A stretch of DNA of 32,000 nt from Fastidiosibacter lacustris (lineage in GTDB: Bacteria > Pseudomonadota > Gammaproteobacteria > Francisellales > Francisellaceae), in contig NZ_QLIR01000007.1 of NCBI RefSeq assembly GCF_003428155.1, positions 57,534 to 89,533 on the forward strand. The letters run 5' to 3'. The notes under the pieces were generated by a model. The model was given only the letters and a program-made list of their open reading frames with translations. It ran no database searches and was not told where the DNA came from. A program made the translations under genes and the position numbers. Shown in pieces: positions 8,961-17,389 of the stretch (within the stretch, counting starts at the first letter, position 1; the number at the start of each line of letters is the position of its first letter).

Positions 8961-10162
8961 TAAAGATTGATCTTTTGAAAAATCATCTAAATCATATAAC
9001 AAAACTAATGCAATTATGCACATTAGTGATTTTTGTGTTGATGAATAACATCATTGTATTTGCTGCTCCTGTTCAGAAAATAAATTTTTGGAACACTCAG
9101 CAAAAAGGAGCAAATATCTTTAATCGCAATATCACTTCAGATGATATAAAAGCAGCTAAAAAATATGGAATCAAATTTATAAGATTAGCACCAGATAAGT
9201 TCGCAAGTTTACATCGTGATTTTTTAATAGGAAATGCTGATGATTATCGTGGATTAATCAAAGAAGACCTAGAACAGCTAAAAAAGATCTTGGATATATG
9301 CTACCAAGAGAAAATGCCTATCGTAATCACTATGCTCAGCCTTCCCGGATCGCGCTGGAAGCAAAATAATCAAGATAGAGACGACCTAAGGATTTGGAAA
9401 GACGAAAAGTATCAGACTCAGACCGCTCTCTTTTGGCAAGATTTGGCTAAAGCATTAAAAGACCATCCTGCAATTGTAGGGTACAATCTACTCAATGAGC
9501 CTCATCCTGAAAGAATTTTTGCATCTAAAGAAGTGCACATAAATACAGTACATCAAGAAGAGGCTCAACAAATGCTTTACGACTTTTATAACCGTATCAT
9601 AAAGCATGTAAGGCTAATTGATAAAGATACGCCTATTATTCTCGATAGTTCTGCATATGCTGATGCTAAAACATTTCGGTTGTTGATGCCTCAGGAGGAT
9701 CAAAACATTTTGTACTCCTTTCACATGTATGAACCTTATGAATATACAAATCATAAAATGAACAAAGGTAAATACCAATATCCTGGTTGTATCAATCAAA
9801 AGCAATGGAACCAAAAGGCTCTCGCAGAATACATGTCAGCGGTTAGTAGATTTCAAAAAGCTCATAATATAGCAAGCGATAAAATATTAGTTGGTGAATT
9901 CGGTGGACACCGTATGTCAGCTGGTTTGGAAAGATATTTTGAAGATCTCATTACAATTTTTGATAAAGAAGGTTGGCACTTTGCCTTTTATGCTTTTCGA
10001 GAAGATACTTGGGACGGTATGGATTATGAGCTAGGGAATAACAAGTTACCATGGAGTTATTGGCAAGCTATAGAGCGTGGTGAAAACCCTGAATTAAATC
10101 GCAAATCCACATATTCCGCATTTTCAATGATAAAAAAGGCATTAAATGAGAATCACCCTTGA
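8957..10162 (+). CDS. Glycoside hydrolase family 5 (cellulase-like), predicted exported
   Basis: Hydrophobic N-terminus (LCTLVIFVLMNNIIVFAAP); GH5-type acid/base motif NLLNEPHPE and nucleophile motif ILVGEFGG. Start set to ATG 8957, overlapping the fosA-like stop. Confidence 0.82.
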   Translation: MIKIDLLKNHLNHITKLMQLCTLVIFVLMNNIIVFAAPVQKINFWNTQQKGANIFNRNITSDDIKAAKKYGIKFIRLAPDKFASLHRDFLIGNADDYRGLIKEDLEQLKKILDICYQEKMPIVITMLSLPGSRWKQNNQDRDDLRIWKDEKYQTQTALFWQDLAKALKDHPAIVGYNLLNEPHPERIFASKEVHINTVHQEEAQQMLYDFYNRIIKHVRLIDKDTPIILDSSAYADAKTFRLLMPQEDQNILYSFHMYEPYEYTNHKMNKGKYQYPGCINQKQWNQKALAEYMSAVSRFQKAHNIASDKILVGEFGGHRMSAGLERYFEDLITIFDKEGWHFAFYAFREDTWDGMDYELGNNKLPWSYWQAIERGENPELNRKSTYSAFSMIKKALNENHP

Positions 10163-11033
10163 TCTTGCGCGCAAACTCATAGCAGAGCAATTTCCAGAAT
10201 ACGCTAGTTTAACTATCGTTGATGTTGAAAAACAAGGGCATGATAACCGCACCTATAGGCTTGGCGACCATATGCTCATTCGTATGCCAACAGCAGCAGA
10301 TTACGCTTTAAAAGTTCCAAAAGAACAAGAGCTACTGCCGCAATTAGCAAAACGTTTGAGCGTTAGCATTCCGGCTCCGATTAACATGGGCAATCCGTCG
10401 GCAGATTATCCTTATCCGTTTTCTATATACAAATGGTTATCTGGTAAAAGTATCAATTTGCTCACCTTAGCCGAACAAGACAAAGAACAACTTGCCTTTG
10501 ATCTCTCCAAGTTTTTAAAAGAGCTACAAGCGATTACCGATATTGAAGGACCTGAGCCTGGTCAGCATAACTGGTGGCGCGGTGACCACGTCAGTGTTTA
10601 CGATAAAGGAGCACAAGAACAAATTGCAGAGCTGGTTGAGATTATAGATGCAAGCAAAGCACTAGCTTTATGGGACCAGGCTTGTGAGACAAAATGGGAT
10701 AAAAAACCTGTATGGATTCATGGGGATTTTGCGATTGGCAATATACTTATGGATAACGGCAAATTATCCGCAGTCATTGACTTTGGTGGCGCTGCGGTTG
10801 GAGATCCTGCCTGCGATCTTGTAATTGCATGGACTTATTTATCCGGAAAAACTCGTAAGATTTTTATTTCTGAAATGGATATGGAGCAAGATACCTGGCT
10901 TCGCGCCCGTGCCTGGGCCCTTTGGAAAGCAACATTTGAGCTTTGCCAAATTTCAGATAAAAACAGTTCAGAGGCTAAAACGCAGAAAATAATTATTGCC
11001 GAGGCAATAGATGATGGAGTTGGAATATTATGA
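10146..11033 (+). CDS. Aminoglycoside phosphotransferase (APH) family kinase
   Basis: WIHGDFAIGNILMDNGKLSAVIDFGGAAVGDPACDLVIAW (Brenner-type catalytic and metal-binding motifs). Confidence 0.9.
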   Translation: MRITLDLARKLIAEQFPEYASLTIVDVEKQGHDNRTYRLGDHMLIRMPTAADYALKVPKEQELLPQLAKRLSVSIPAPINMGNPSADYPYPFSIYKWLSGKSINLLTLAEQDKEQLAFDLSKFLKELQAITDIEGPEPGQHNWWRGDHVSVYDKGAQEQIAELVEIIDASKALALWDQACETKWDKKPVWIHGDFAIGNILMDNGKLSAVIDFGGAAVGDPACDLVIAWTYLSGKTRKIFISEMDMEQDTWLRARAWALWKATFELCQISDKNSSEAKTQKIIIAEAIDDGVGIL

Positions 11034-11635
11034 GTAAAATTATTTTATTAAATGGTGCAGGATCTAGCGGTAAAACGTCTATTGCAAGAGCTATCCAACA
11101 TTTAAGTAACGAACAATGGTTAACCTTTGGTGTTGATACATTTATTGAAATGACACCATATCCATCTCCAGGAAAAGATGCTGAATATTTTGCTTTTGTG
11201 CCAGGAGAAAATAATCGTGGCCCTTTAATGAGGGTTGAGTCAAAGCCTACTGGAGATAAATTATTTGGTGTTATGGCTGATTTTGCTTTGTTGCTTGCAA
11301 ATCAATCTAACAATCTCATTATAGATGAAGTTTTATTTGACGATCAGCATTTGAAATCGTATGTAGCCAAATTGGCTGAACATATTACCTATTTTATTGG
11401 CGTTAAATGCGACCTAGCCATTATGCAAGAACGTGAATTTTTACGCCGCGATAGAGCTGTAGGGTTATCAAACGATCAATTTTATAGAGTGCACAGCGGA
11501 ACTAGGGAATATGATTTAACAGTTGATACGAGCAATTCATCAGTATTTGATGTTGCTAGGAAAATAATTGATTTTATCGATAACAATCAAAACCCTAAAG
11601 GTTTTAATAACATGAGAAATAAATTTTATGGATAA
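11030..11635 (+). CDS. Chloramphenicol phosphotransferase-like P-loop kinase
   Basis: KIILLNGAGSSGKTSIARAIQ Walker A; NLIIDEVLFDDQHLKSY; CDLAIMQEREFLRRDRAVG. Confidence 0.87.
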   Translation: MSKIILLNGAGSSGKTSIARAIQHLSNEQWLTFGVDTFIEMTPYPSPGKDAEYFAFVPGENNRGPLMRVESKPTGDKLFGVMADFALLLANQSNNLIIDEVLFDDQHLKSYVAKLAEHITYFIGVKCDLAIMQEREFLRRDRAVGLSNDQFYRVHSGTREYDLTVDTSNSSVFDVARKIIDFIDNNQNPKGFNNMRNKFYG

Positions 11636-11876
11636 AGATTCAAATATAAAAAACCTCGACACCTATCTCAGCCTTTGCAAATATGAACTGATGGAGGCAG
11701 GAAAGATTATCCATACAGAAATTGAAGAGCTTAGAGTGAAGATTTATGAGCAAGATCAGCTGATGGAAATGCTAAAATCCGCAGGCTTTAAACACATCAG
11801 AACGCTCAAAGCTTTTGACCAATCTTCAGAACCTGCTACCCAAGATGAGTCTATCGTTTATGAATGCAGAAAATAA
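11628..11876 (+). pseudogene. Probable C-terminal remnant of a class I SAM-dependent methyltransferase
   Basis: 82 aa only: YELMEAGKIIHTEIEELRVKIYEQDQLMEMLKSAGFKHIRTLKAF...DESIVYECRK, the usual terminal strand layout of such methyltransferases; no SAM-binding glycine motif present. Confidence 0.6.
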
Positions 11877-11961
11877 AATTAGCAATGGTGGTCAAGCATA
11901 AAAAACACAAACGTCGTATTTTTATCCATGTAGACGGTTACAACTGAAGCATTAGGATATT

Positions 11962-12810
11962 ATGAGTTATAAAGAACGAGTCGATAGAGTGATTGATTTC
12001 ATAGGCAAGCATCTTGATCAAGAGCTTGAGCTGGATGAGCTTTGCCGCATCGCTTGTTTTTCAAAATATCATTTTCATCGGTTGTTTACGGCCTACACTG
12101 GGTTGCCTCTCATGGGCTATATCAAGTGGCTGCGGCTAAAACGGGCTGCTCATCAATTGATTGTCCATAAAGAGGAAACAATTATTAACATTGCGCTGTC
12201 AGCTGGATTCGAATCCCATGAATCATTCGCCCGTGCTTTTAAACAAATTTGCGGCCAAAGTCCCAGCGAATTTAGGCGTGAACGCAATTGGGAAAGCTTC
12301 GAAAATCCACCGCAACCTATGCATATTAAAGGTGAAAAAATTATGACGATAACGATTAAAGAATTGCCAGCCAAAAGAGTTGCTGTAATGGAGCATCATG
12401 GAGATCCCATGCGATTTTCCGACACGCTGGATAAGCTCATTACTTGGGCAAAGGCACAACCCATTAACCTAAAACCTAAAGCAGGAGAAGCCTTTGGCTT
12501 TGGCTATCACGATCCAAGAGAAGTGAAACCAGAAGAGTTTCGCTTTGATTTAGCCCTTAGCGTTCCACAAGATTTTAAATTGAATGATCAGGTGACAGAA
12601 CGCACTCTACCTGCTGGAAGGTATGCTGTCACCATGCATAAAGGCTCACGCGATAATATCGGCGACACGATTTACAGCATTTATCGTGATTGGTTACCGC
12701 AGTCCGGCGAAGAACTGGGGGATTTGCCTTGCATATTTTGCTATTACAATTTTGATTATGAGGTAGCTGAAACGGAATCTTTAACCGAAATTTGGGTGCT
12801 TCTTAAGTAG
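11962..12810 (+). CDS. AraC family regulator with C-terminal GyrI-like/effector-binding domain
   Basis: CRIACFSKYHFHRLFTAYTGLPLMGYI...SAGFESHESFARAFKQICGQSPSEFRR; then IKELPAKRVAVMEHHGDP...LPAGRYAVTMHKGS. Confidence 0.92.
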   Translation: MSYKERVDRVIDFIGKHLDQELELDELCRIACFSKYHFHRLFTAYTGLPLMGYIKWLRLKRAAHQLIVHKEETIINIALSAGFESHESFARAFKQICGQSPSEFRRERNWESFENPPQPMHIKGEKIMTITIKELPAKRVAVMEHHGDPMRFSDTLDKLITWAKAQPINLKPKAGEAFGFGYHDPREVKPEEFRFDLALSVPQDFKLNDQVTERTLPAGRYAVTMHKGSRDNIGDTIYSIYRDWLPQSGEELGDLPCIFCYYNFDYEVAETESLTEIWVLLK

Positions 12811-13019
12811 ATGTGTTATACGAAGATTGGGTGACAATTTTGTCCCTCAATTATTCATTAAATGGCATGGCATCACGAAGTGTTTTTGCTTTTTGCAGAT
12901 ATCCATCAGGAATGGACCAGTCCTTATCCAAAGCCGTAAGCCAATCTTTGACGTGGCAATTCATCTAGCCATGATTTGCCTTTTTCTCCGTATGCTTATG
13001 ATGTTGGATTGGAAGGTGT

Positions 13020-13571
13020 TCATTTGGCATACTCAGCAGCGCTTAATCTATACAGGAGATGATGAGAAAGTTTATGATCAGCCGGGATTTTTGGATGAGC
13101 AAAATCACCATTTACATCTCGTTTTAACCCTATTTTTTCCATAACTCTTAAAGACCTAACATTTACAGGAACCGTAAAAGAAACGATTTCTTTTAGACCG
13201 CACTGCTTAAATCCGTATTCCAAGGAAGCTTTGGCGCCTTCTGTCGCATATCCTTTGCCCCAAAATTGGGACCCTAATCGCCAACCCACTTCAACTGCAG
13301 GGGTAAATAATGCTTCCCAAACAGTGTAGTTAAGGCCGATAAAGCCCATTAATTCGCTAGTTTCTTTTAAGCAGGCTGCCCATAATGTATAACCGTGCTT
13401 ATCTTGGTGCTGGTTCACAGCTGGAATAAAGTCATTAACTTGTTCCATTGTTAGTGGCCCACGCAATAACTCAATCACCTTTGGATCTTGGTTGATTTGA
13501 AAATAGGGATCTGCATCCTCTTTATTCCAGGTTCTTAAAATAAGCCTTTCTGTTTCAATAATGGTTGTCAT
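13020..13571 (-). CDS. GNAT family N-acetyltransferase (RimJ/RimL-type)
   Basis: ETERLILRTWNKEDADPYFQINQDPKVI...VGWRLGSQFWGKGYATEGAKASLEYGF...NVRSLRVMEKIGLKR. Confidence 0.92.
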   Translation of the reverse strand: MTTIIETERLILRTWNKEDADPYFQINQDPKVIELLRGPLTMEQVNDFIPAVNQHQDKHGYTLWAACLKETSELMGFIGLNYTVWEALFTPAVEVGWRLGSQFWGKGYATEGAKASLEYGFKQCGLKEIVSFTVPVNVRSLRVMEKIGLKRDVNGDFAHPKIPADHKLSHHLLYRLSAAEYAK

Positions 13572-13669
13572 ATAGCCTCGTTATATTTCATATTCAGTTT
13601 TGCACCTAGAGCATTTTGCTAATCACTTTCTCTACAAAGAAAGTGTAGGCTTCTTCGAAGTCCCATCTA

Positions 13670-13819
13670 TGTTCAACTTATTTTTTCTACCACCCCTTAG
13701 TTTTTTTCTGCTCGCGCCGCTTGTAATATTTTCACCATCTCTTCAAACGTTGGCTTTTTTACACCAGTTAAACGACGAAACTCATCTGCTGCTAACTTGT
13801 TTATCGTTTCCCATCTCAT
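13670..13819 (-). mobile_element. Remnant of IS5-type transposase N-terminus
   Basis: MRWETINKLAADEFRRLTGVKKPTFEEMVKILQAARAEKN* then a shifted frame reading KKLRGGRKNKLN; resembles the N-terminus of IS5-superfamily transposases before the helix-turn-helix; no downstream catalytic part found. Confidence 0.65.
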
Positions 13820-13974
13820 TGATCGTATCCACCTTTAATTTTTAAATAGCTATTTTGCTAGATTAAATACGGTTTGGAAGGAACTCTAATATTTAAAAAG
13901 ATCAATAGCAAGTAATTCAGGAATGGATACTTTTTAAATAGCCGGTGCTAACTACGAAATCTTGAGTGGGCAGG

Positions 13975-14411
13975 CCATCTAAGGAAGACAGTCCAGGGTT
14001 TCTCCTTTGGCAAACAACTATGATCTGGCAGCGGCAAATTTAAAAAGCCCTTGAAGAATACAATGTTTCTCATGCTCAGTTCGTGATTATGGCGACGTTG
14101 ATGTGGTTTGAAGCTCATGGATATGATACGAACCAGATCCTCATAGTGAACTGGTCTAAGCTTGACAAGATGACTGTATCAAAATCTCTTAAAAGCTTGT
14201 TCAAATGGAGCTTGTAAATCGCATAGAACATGAAATCGATACACGCGCCAAGAGCGTCTCGTTCACCGAAAAAGGGAAAGAGATGGTGCGCACGTTAGTG
14301 CCTATTGTGGAAGGGATTGATAGTACTTTTTTTAGCAAAGCATCTCATAAGGAACAAAAAAGCCTTGTGCAAATTTTGGCGAAATTAATCGCAGATACCA
14401 CAGATGAATAA
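13975..14411 (+). pseudogene. Disrupted MarR family regulator
   Basis: Frames read SPGFLLWQTTMIWQRQI* / ALEEYNVSHAQFVIMATLMWFEAHGYDTNQILIVNWSKLDKMTVSKSLKSL then, after a 1-nt shift, VQMELVNRIEHEIDTRAKSVSFTEKGKEMVRTLVPIVEG... Confidence 0.8.
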
Positions 14412-14841
14412 GACAACAAAATTCTGGATTGGTGCTGCTTGCAAAGAGCATGTGGAAAACGGCGTTAAGCTTGATATTTGCCAATTTTGTCACAGCAAAT
14501 CTGCTCCTGTTAAACGATTATCACGTGGTGATTTCGTAATTTATTACTCGTCTAAAATAAATATGGCAGGATCTGATCTCTATCAAAAATTTACTGCAAT
14601 TGGCGAGGTCATTGATGATGAACCCTACCAAGTAGATATGGGAGGTGGATTCAAATCATTTAGGCGTAATATCAATTATTTTGAGGCAAAGCACATTGAT
14701 ATCAAACCGCTTGTGCCGTTGTTGCCCTTTATCAAAAATAAAAATTCGTGGGGCTACGTTTTCCGCTATGGGTTTTTAGAAATCGACCTAGAGTCATTTG
14801 AGATCATCGCTAATGGCATGATTGGGTTTATCCATTATTAG
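14404..14841 (+). CDS. EVE domain-containing protein
   Basis: FWIGAACKEHVENGVKLDICQFCHSKSAPVKRLSRGDFVIYYSSK...FTAIGEVIDDEPYQVDMGGGFKSFRRNINYF, EVE/PUA-like pattern. Confidence 0.8.
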   Translation: MNKTTKFWIGAACKEHVENGVKLDICQFCHSKSAPVKRLSRGDFVIYYSSKINMAGSDLYQKFTAIGEVIDDEPYQVDMGGGFKSFRRNINYFEAKHIDIKPLVPLLPFIKNKNSWGYVFRYGFLEIDLESFEIIANGMIGFIHY

Positions 14842-14969
14842 ATGAAGATGGTCGGCCATGCTAATAAAATCTGATCTTAAAGACGGATAAATCGTCAGAT
14901 GTTTACGGGATGCGTACTTTTATTATTGAATAGATTTTAATGAATAAAAAATATCAAATATTCGTTTAA

Positions 14970-14983
14970 TTGATCTAAATCAA
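14970..14983. promoter_or_regulatory. Candidate FNR/CRP-superfamily binding site
   Basis: ttgatctaaatcaa, exact match to the TTGAT-N4-ATCAA FNR consensus, upstream of the hydrolase-hemF pair. Confidence 0.5.
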
Positions 14984-15077
14984 AAAGCTTCTACAATCTG
15001 CTGCTTAAGTTAGCACTTTAATCTTCGCTTTGTTAAGATACCATTATCTTAAACCGATGGTGGGTATATCGTATTTT

Positions 15078-15719
15078 ATGAGTCATTTCTTCATTCATGG
15101 TTCAGCTGGGATGCTTGAAGCAACTCTAGATACACCTAAAAATTTCACTTGTCGAGATAAAAGTGTCGTGATTTGTCACCCTCACCCATTGTTCCAAGGC
15201 ACAATGAATAACAAGGTCATCACAACCATTTCACAAGCTTTTAATAACCTTGGGATTGAAGCATTACGCTTTAACTATCGTGGTGTGGGAAAAAGTCAAG
15301 GAAGTTATGGTGGTGGCGACGGTGAACTTGAGGATGCGTTAAGTATTATTGACCATATTCATCAAAATAAACCAAACCAAAAAATTATACTTGCTGGCTT
15401 TTCATTTGGTGGTGCTGTTGCTTACAAGGCTGCAATGCGAAGGGAAGCGGATGTTTTAGCACTTTTAACCATTGCGCCAGCAGTGGTAAACTTCCCCCTA
15501 TCCAATTATCCTGAGCCAAGCATGGCATGGTGCTTGGTTCAAGGAATAGATGATGAAGTGGTCAGTTATCATGAAGTCTGTAAATTTTTTATTAACCAAA
15601 CTTCTCATGATGCAACCTTAATACGTTTAAATAATGTTGGTCACTTTTTTCATGGTCAACTTGTTAAACTTAGAAAACAGATCGAAAGATATTATCAACC
15701 AAGGGTTTCACAATGGTAA
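15078..15719 (+). CDS. Alpha/beta hydrolase (COG2945-like)
   Basis: [50 protein letters not shown] track begins at 15030; ATG 15078 fits family N-termini ([19 protein letters not shown]). Confidence 0.82.
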   Translation: MSHFFIHGSAGMLEATLDTPKNFTCRDKSVVICHPHPLFQGTMNNKVITTISQAFNNLGIEALRFNYRGVGKSQGSYGGGDGELEDALSIIDHIHQNKPNQKIILAGFSFGGAVAYKAAMRREADVLALLTIAPAVVNFPLSNYPEPSMAWCLVQGIDDEVVSYHEVCKFFINQTSHDATLIRLNNVGHFFHGQLVKLRKQIERYYQPRVSQW

Positions 15720-16648
15720 ACGAAATTGATATTCAAGCAATTAAAAACTATTTATTGTCACTTCAAAATCAAATTTGCAATACTCTACAACAGATTGATG
15801 GCAAAAGCTTTCACGAAGATAATTGGCAATATACAAATGGTAATGGAGGGGGGTGCACCCGCGTATTGGAAAATAGCAATGTTATTGAAAAAGGAGGCGT
15901 TAATTTCTCGCACATCGAAGGTAGTGAGCTACCTAAAGCTATATTAAACATGAAACCTAAACTTATAGGTTATTCATTCCAAGCTATGGGTGTATCGCTT
16001 GTTATTCATCCTCTGAATCCTTATGCACCTACTTCGCATATGAATGTGCGTTTTTTCTTTGCTGAAAAAGAAGGTTGTGACCCTGTATGGTGGTTTGGCG
16101 GGGGGTTTGACCTTACTCCTTATTATGGCTTTAAAGAAGATTGTGTCCACTGGCACACAGAGGCATTTAATGCTTGCCAAGCATTTGGTAAGGACGTCTA
16201 TTATCAATGTAAAAAGCAATGTGACGAATATTTTTATTTGCCACATCGCAAAGAATGTCGCGGAATTGGTGGTTTGTTTTTTGATTATTTAAATCAATGG
16301 GGATTTGAACGCTCTTTTGAATTTATGCAATCGATTGGCAATCACTATATCAAGGCCTATGCCCCGATTCTTGCTAGTAGAAAAGATACGCCGTATAGTG
16401 AAAAACAACGCGATTTTCAGCTGTATCGTCGTGGGCGCTACGCAGAATTTAACCTTGTCATTGATCGAGGTACACACTTTGGCTTGCAATCAGCAGGGCG
16501 TACTGAATCAATTCTTATGTCCTTACCACCACTTGTCAAATGGGTTTACAATTATCATCCTAAGCCTCACTCTGAGGAAGAAAAACTCTATACTGATTTC
16601 TTGCCAATTCGCGATTGGCTAGCCGAAAATGCTTCACTGCAACAATAA
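15713..16648 (+). CDS. hemF: Oxygen-dependent coproporphyrinogen III oxidase
   Basis: [83 protein letters not shown]. Confidence 0.97.
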   Translation: MVNEIDIQAIKNYLLSLQNQICNTLQQIDGKSFHEDNWQYTNGNGGGCTRVLENSNVIEKGGVNFSHIEGSELPKAILNMKPKLIGYSFQAMGVSLVIHPLNPYAPTSHMNVRFFFAEKEGCDPVWWFGGGFDLTPYYGFKEDCVHWHTEAFNACQAFGKDVYYQCKKQCDEYFYLPHRKECRGIGGLFFDYLNQWGFERSFEFMQSIGNHYIKAYAPILASRKDTPYSEKQRDFQLYRRGRYAEFNLVIDRGTHFGLQSAGRTESILMSLPPLVKWVYNYHPKPHSEEEKLYTDFLPIRDWLAENASLQQ

Positions 16649-16861
16649 AAGTAATAAAAAAACACGACTTTAACGCATTTTCAATATTTATCCTGTAGCC
16701 TTTAAGATTGAATACATAATAATCAAAATTTTCTTGCCTTTCTACATTTCTTTTGTTGTAATACTTGCCAGCGGTTAAAACGCAATTATTTTTGTTTTAA
16801 CTTGCATTCACAACCAAACTTTTCCATATTTACTGGTTAAGTCAATCACAAGGAGTATTAG

Positions 16862-17185
16862 ATGTTAGATTTTGACCTTGAATTAACACAATACACTCAA
16901 ACTATACAAGAGAAAATTGCCACTGAGCAAAAAGATGCCTTAATGCGGAACGTTTATGTATTAAACGATGATTTCACGCCAATGGAATTCGTAGTTGACT
17001 TGATTCAAAACGTTTTTAAACTCGAAACAAGACATGCTGAGCGTGTGACAATGGAAGCACATTTTAAAGGTAAGGCGTTGTGTGGCAAATATCCCAAAGA
17101 TTTGGCTGAAACTATGGCATGCAAAGCAATAAGTATTGCCAAACAAGCAGGTCATCCTCTTATGGTAATTACAAGTCGCTCCTAG
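16862..17185 (+). CDS. clpS: ATP-dependent Clp protease adaptor ClpS
   Basis: VLNDDFTPMEFVVDLIQNVF and location directly upstream of clpA. Confidence 0.95.
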   Translation: MLDFDLELTQYTQTIQEKIATEQKDALMRNVYVLNDDFTPMEFVVDLIQNVFKLETRHAERVTMEAHFKGKALCGKYPKDLAETMACKAISIAKQAGHPLMVITSRS

Positions 17186-17389
17186 TTATCAATTAAATTC
17201 TGTGCACTTAACGTATTTATACCAGTCCGTAAACCCCGCGGAATTAAATCCCATCACGATTAAAAATAAATTTTCCTCTACTTTGATTGATAATTCATTA
17301 TCGTTTTTTTAGATTCGAGTTTTTTTGTGCCTGTAATTCGTCTATTATAAATATAAAGATTAAGGAACATAAATAATTACAGGTGTAGT

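Noticed and set aside
5850-11876. Integron/cassette array
   Set aside because: Genes overlap with no spacers able to hold attC sites, and no intI-like gene is in the window.
12153-12459. Small ORFs overlapping the AraC/GyrI gene
   Set aside because: Antisense or alternate-frame shadows; the AraC frame has clear domain motifs end to end.
12827-13144. 105-aa plus-strand ORF
   Set aside because: Overlaps the clearly coding minus-strand GNAT gene and has unlikely composition; it probably spans gene debris.
13600-13845. 81-aa plus-strand ORF
   Set aside because: Lies antisense to the transposase-like N-terminal remnant and has low-complexity hydrophobic composition; the minus strand is the meaningful one.
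15974-16622. ORFs 15974-16246(-), 16044-16292(+), 16289-16489(-), 16305-16622(+)
   Set aside because: All lie within hemF in other frames; no independent support.
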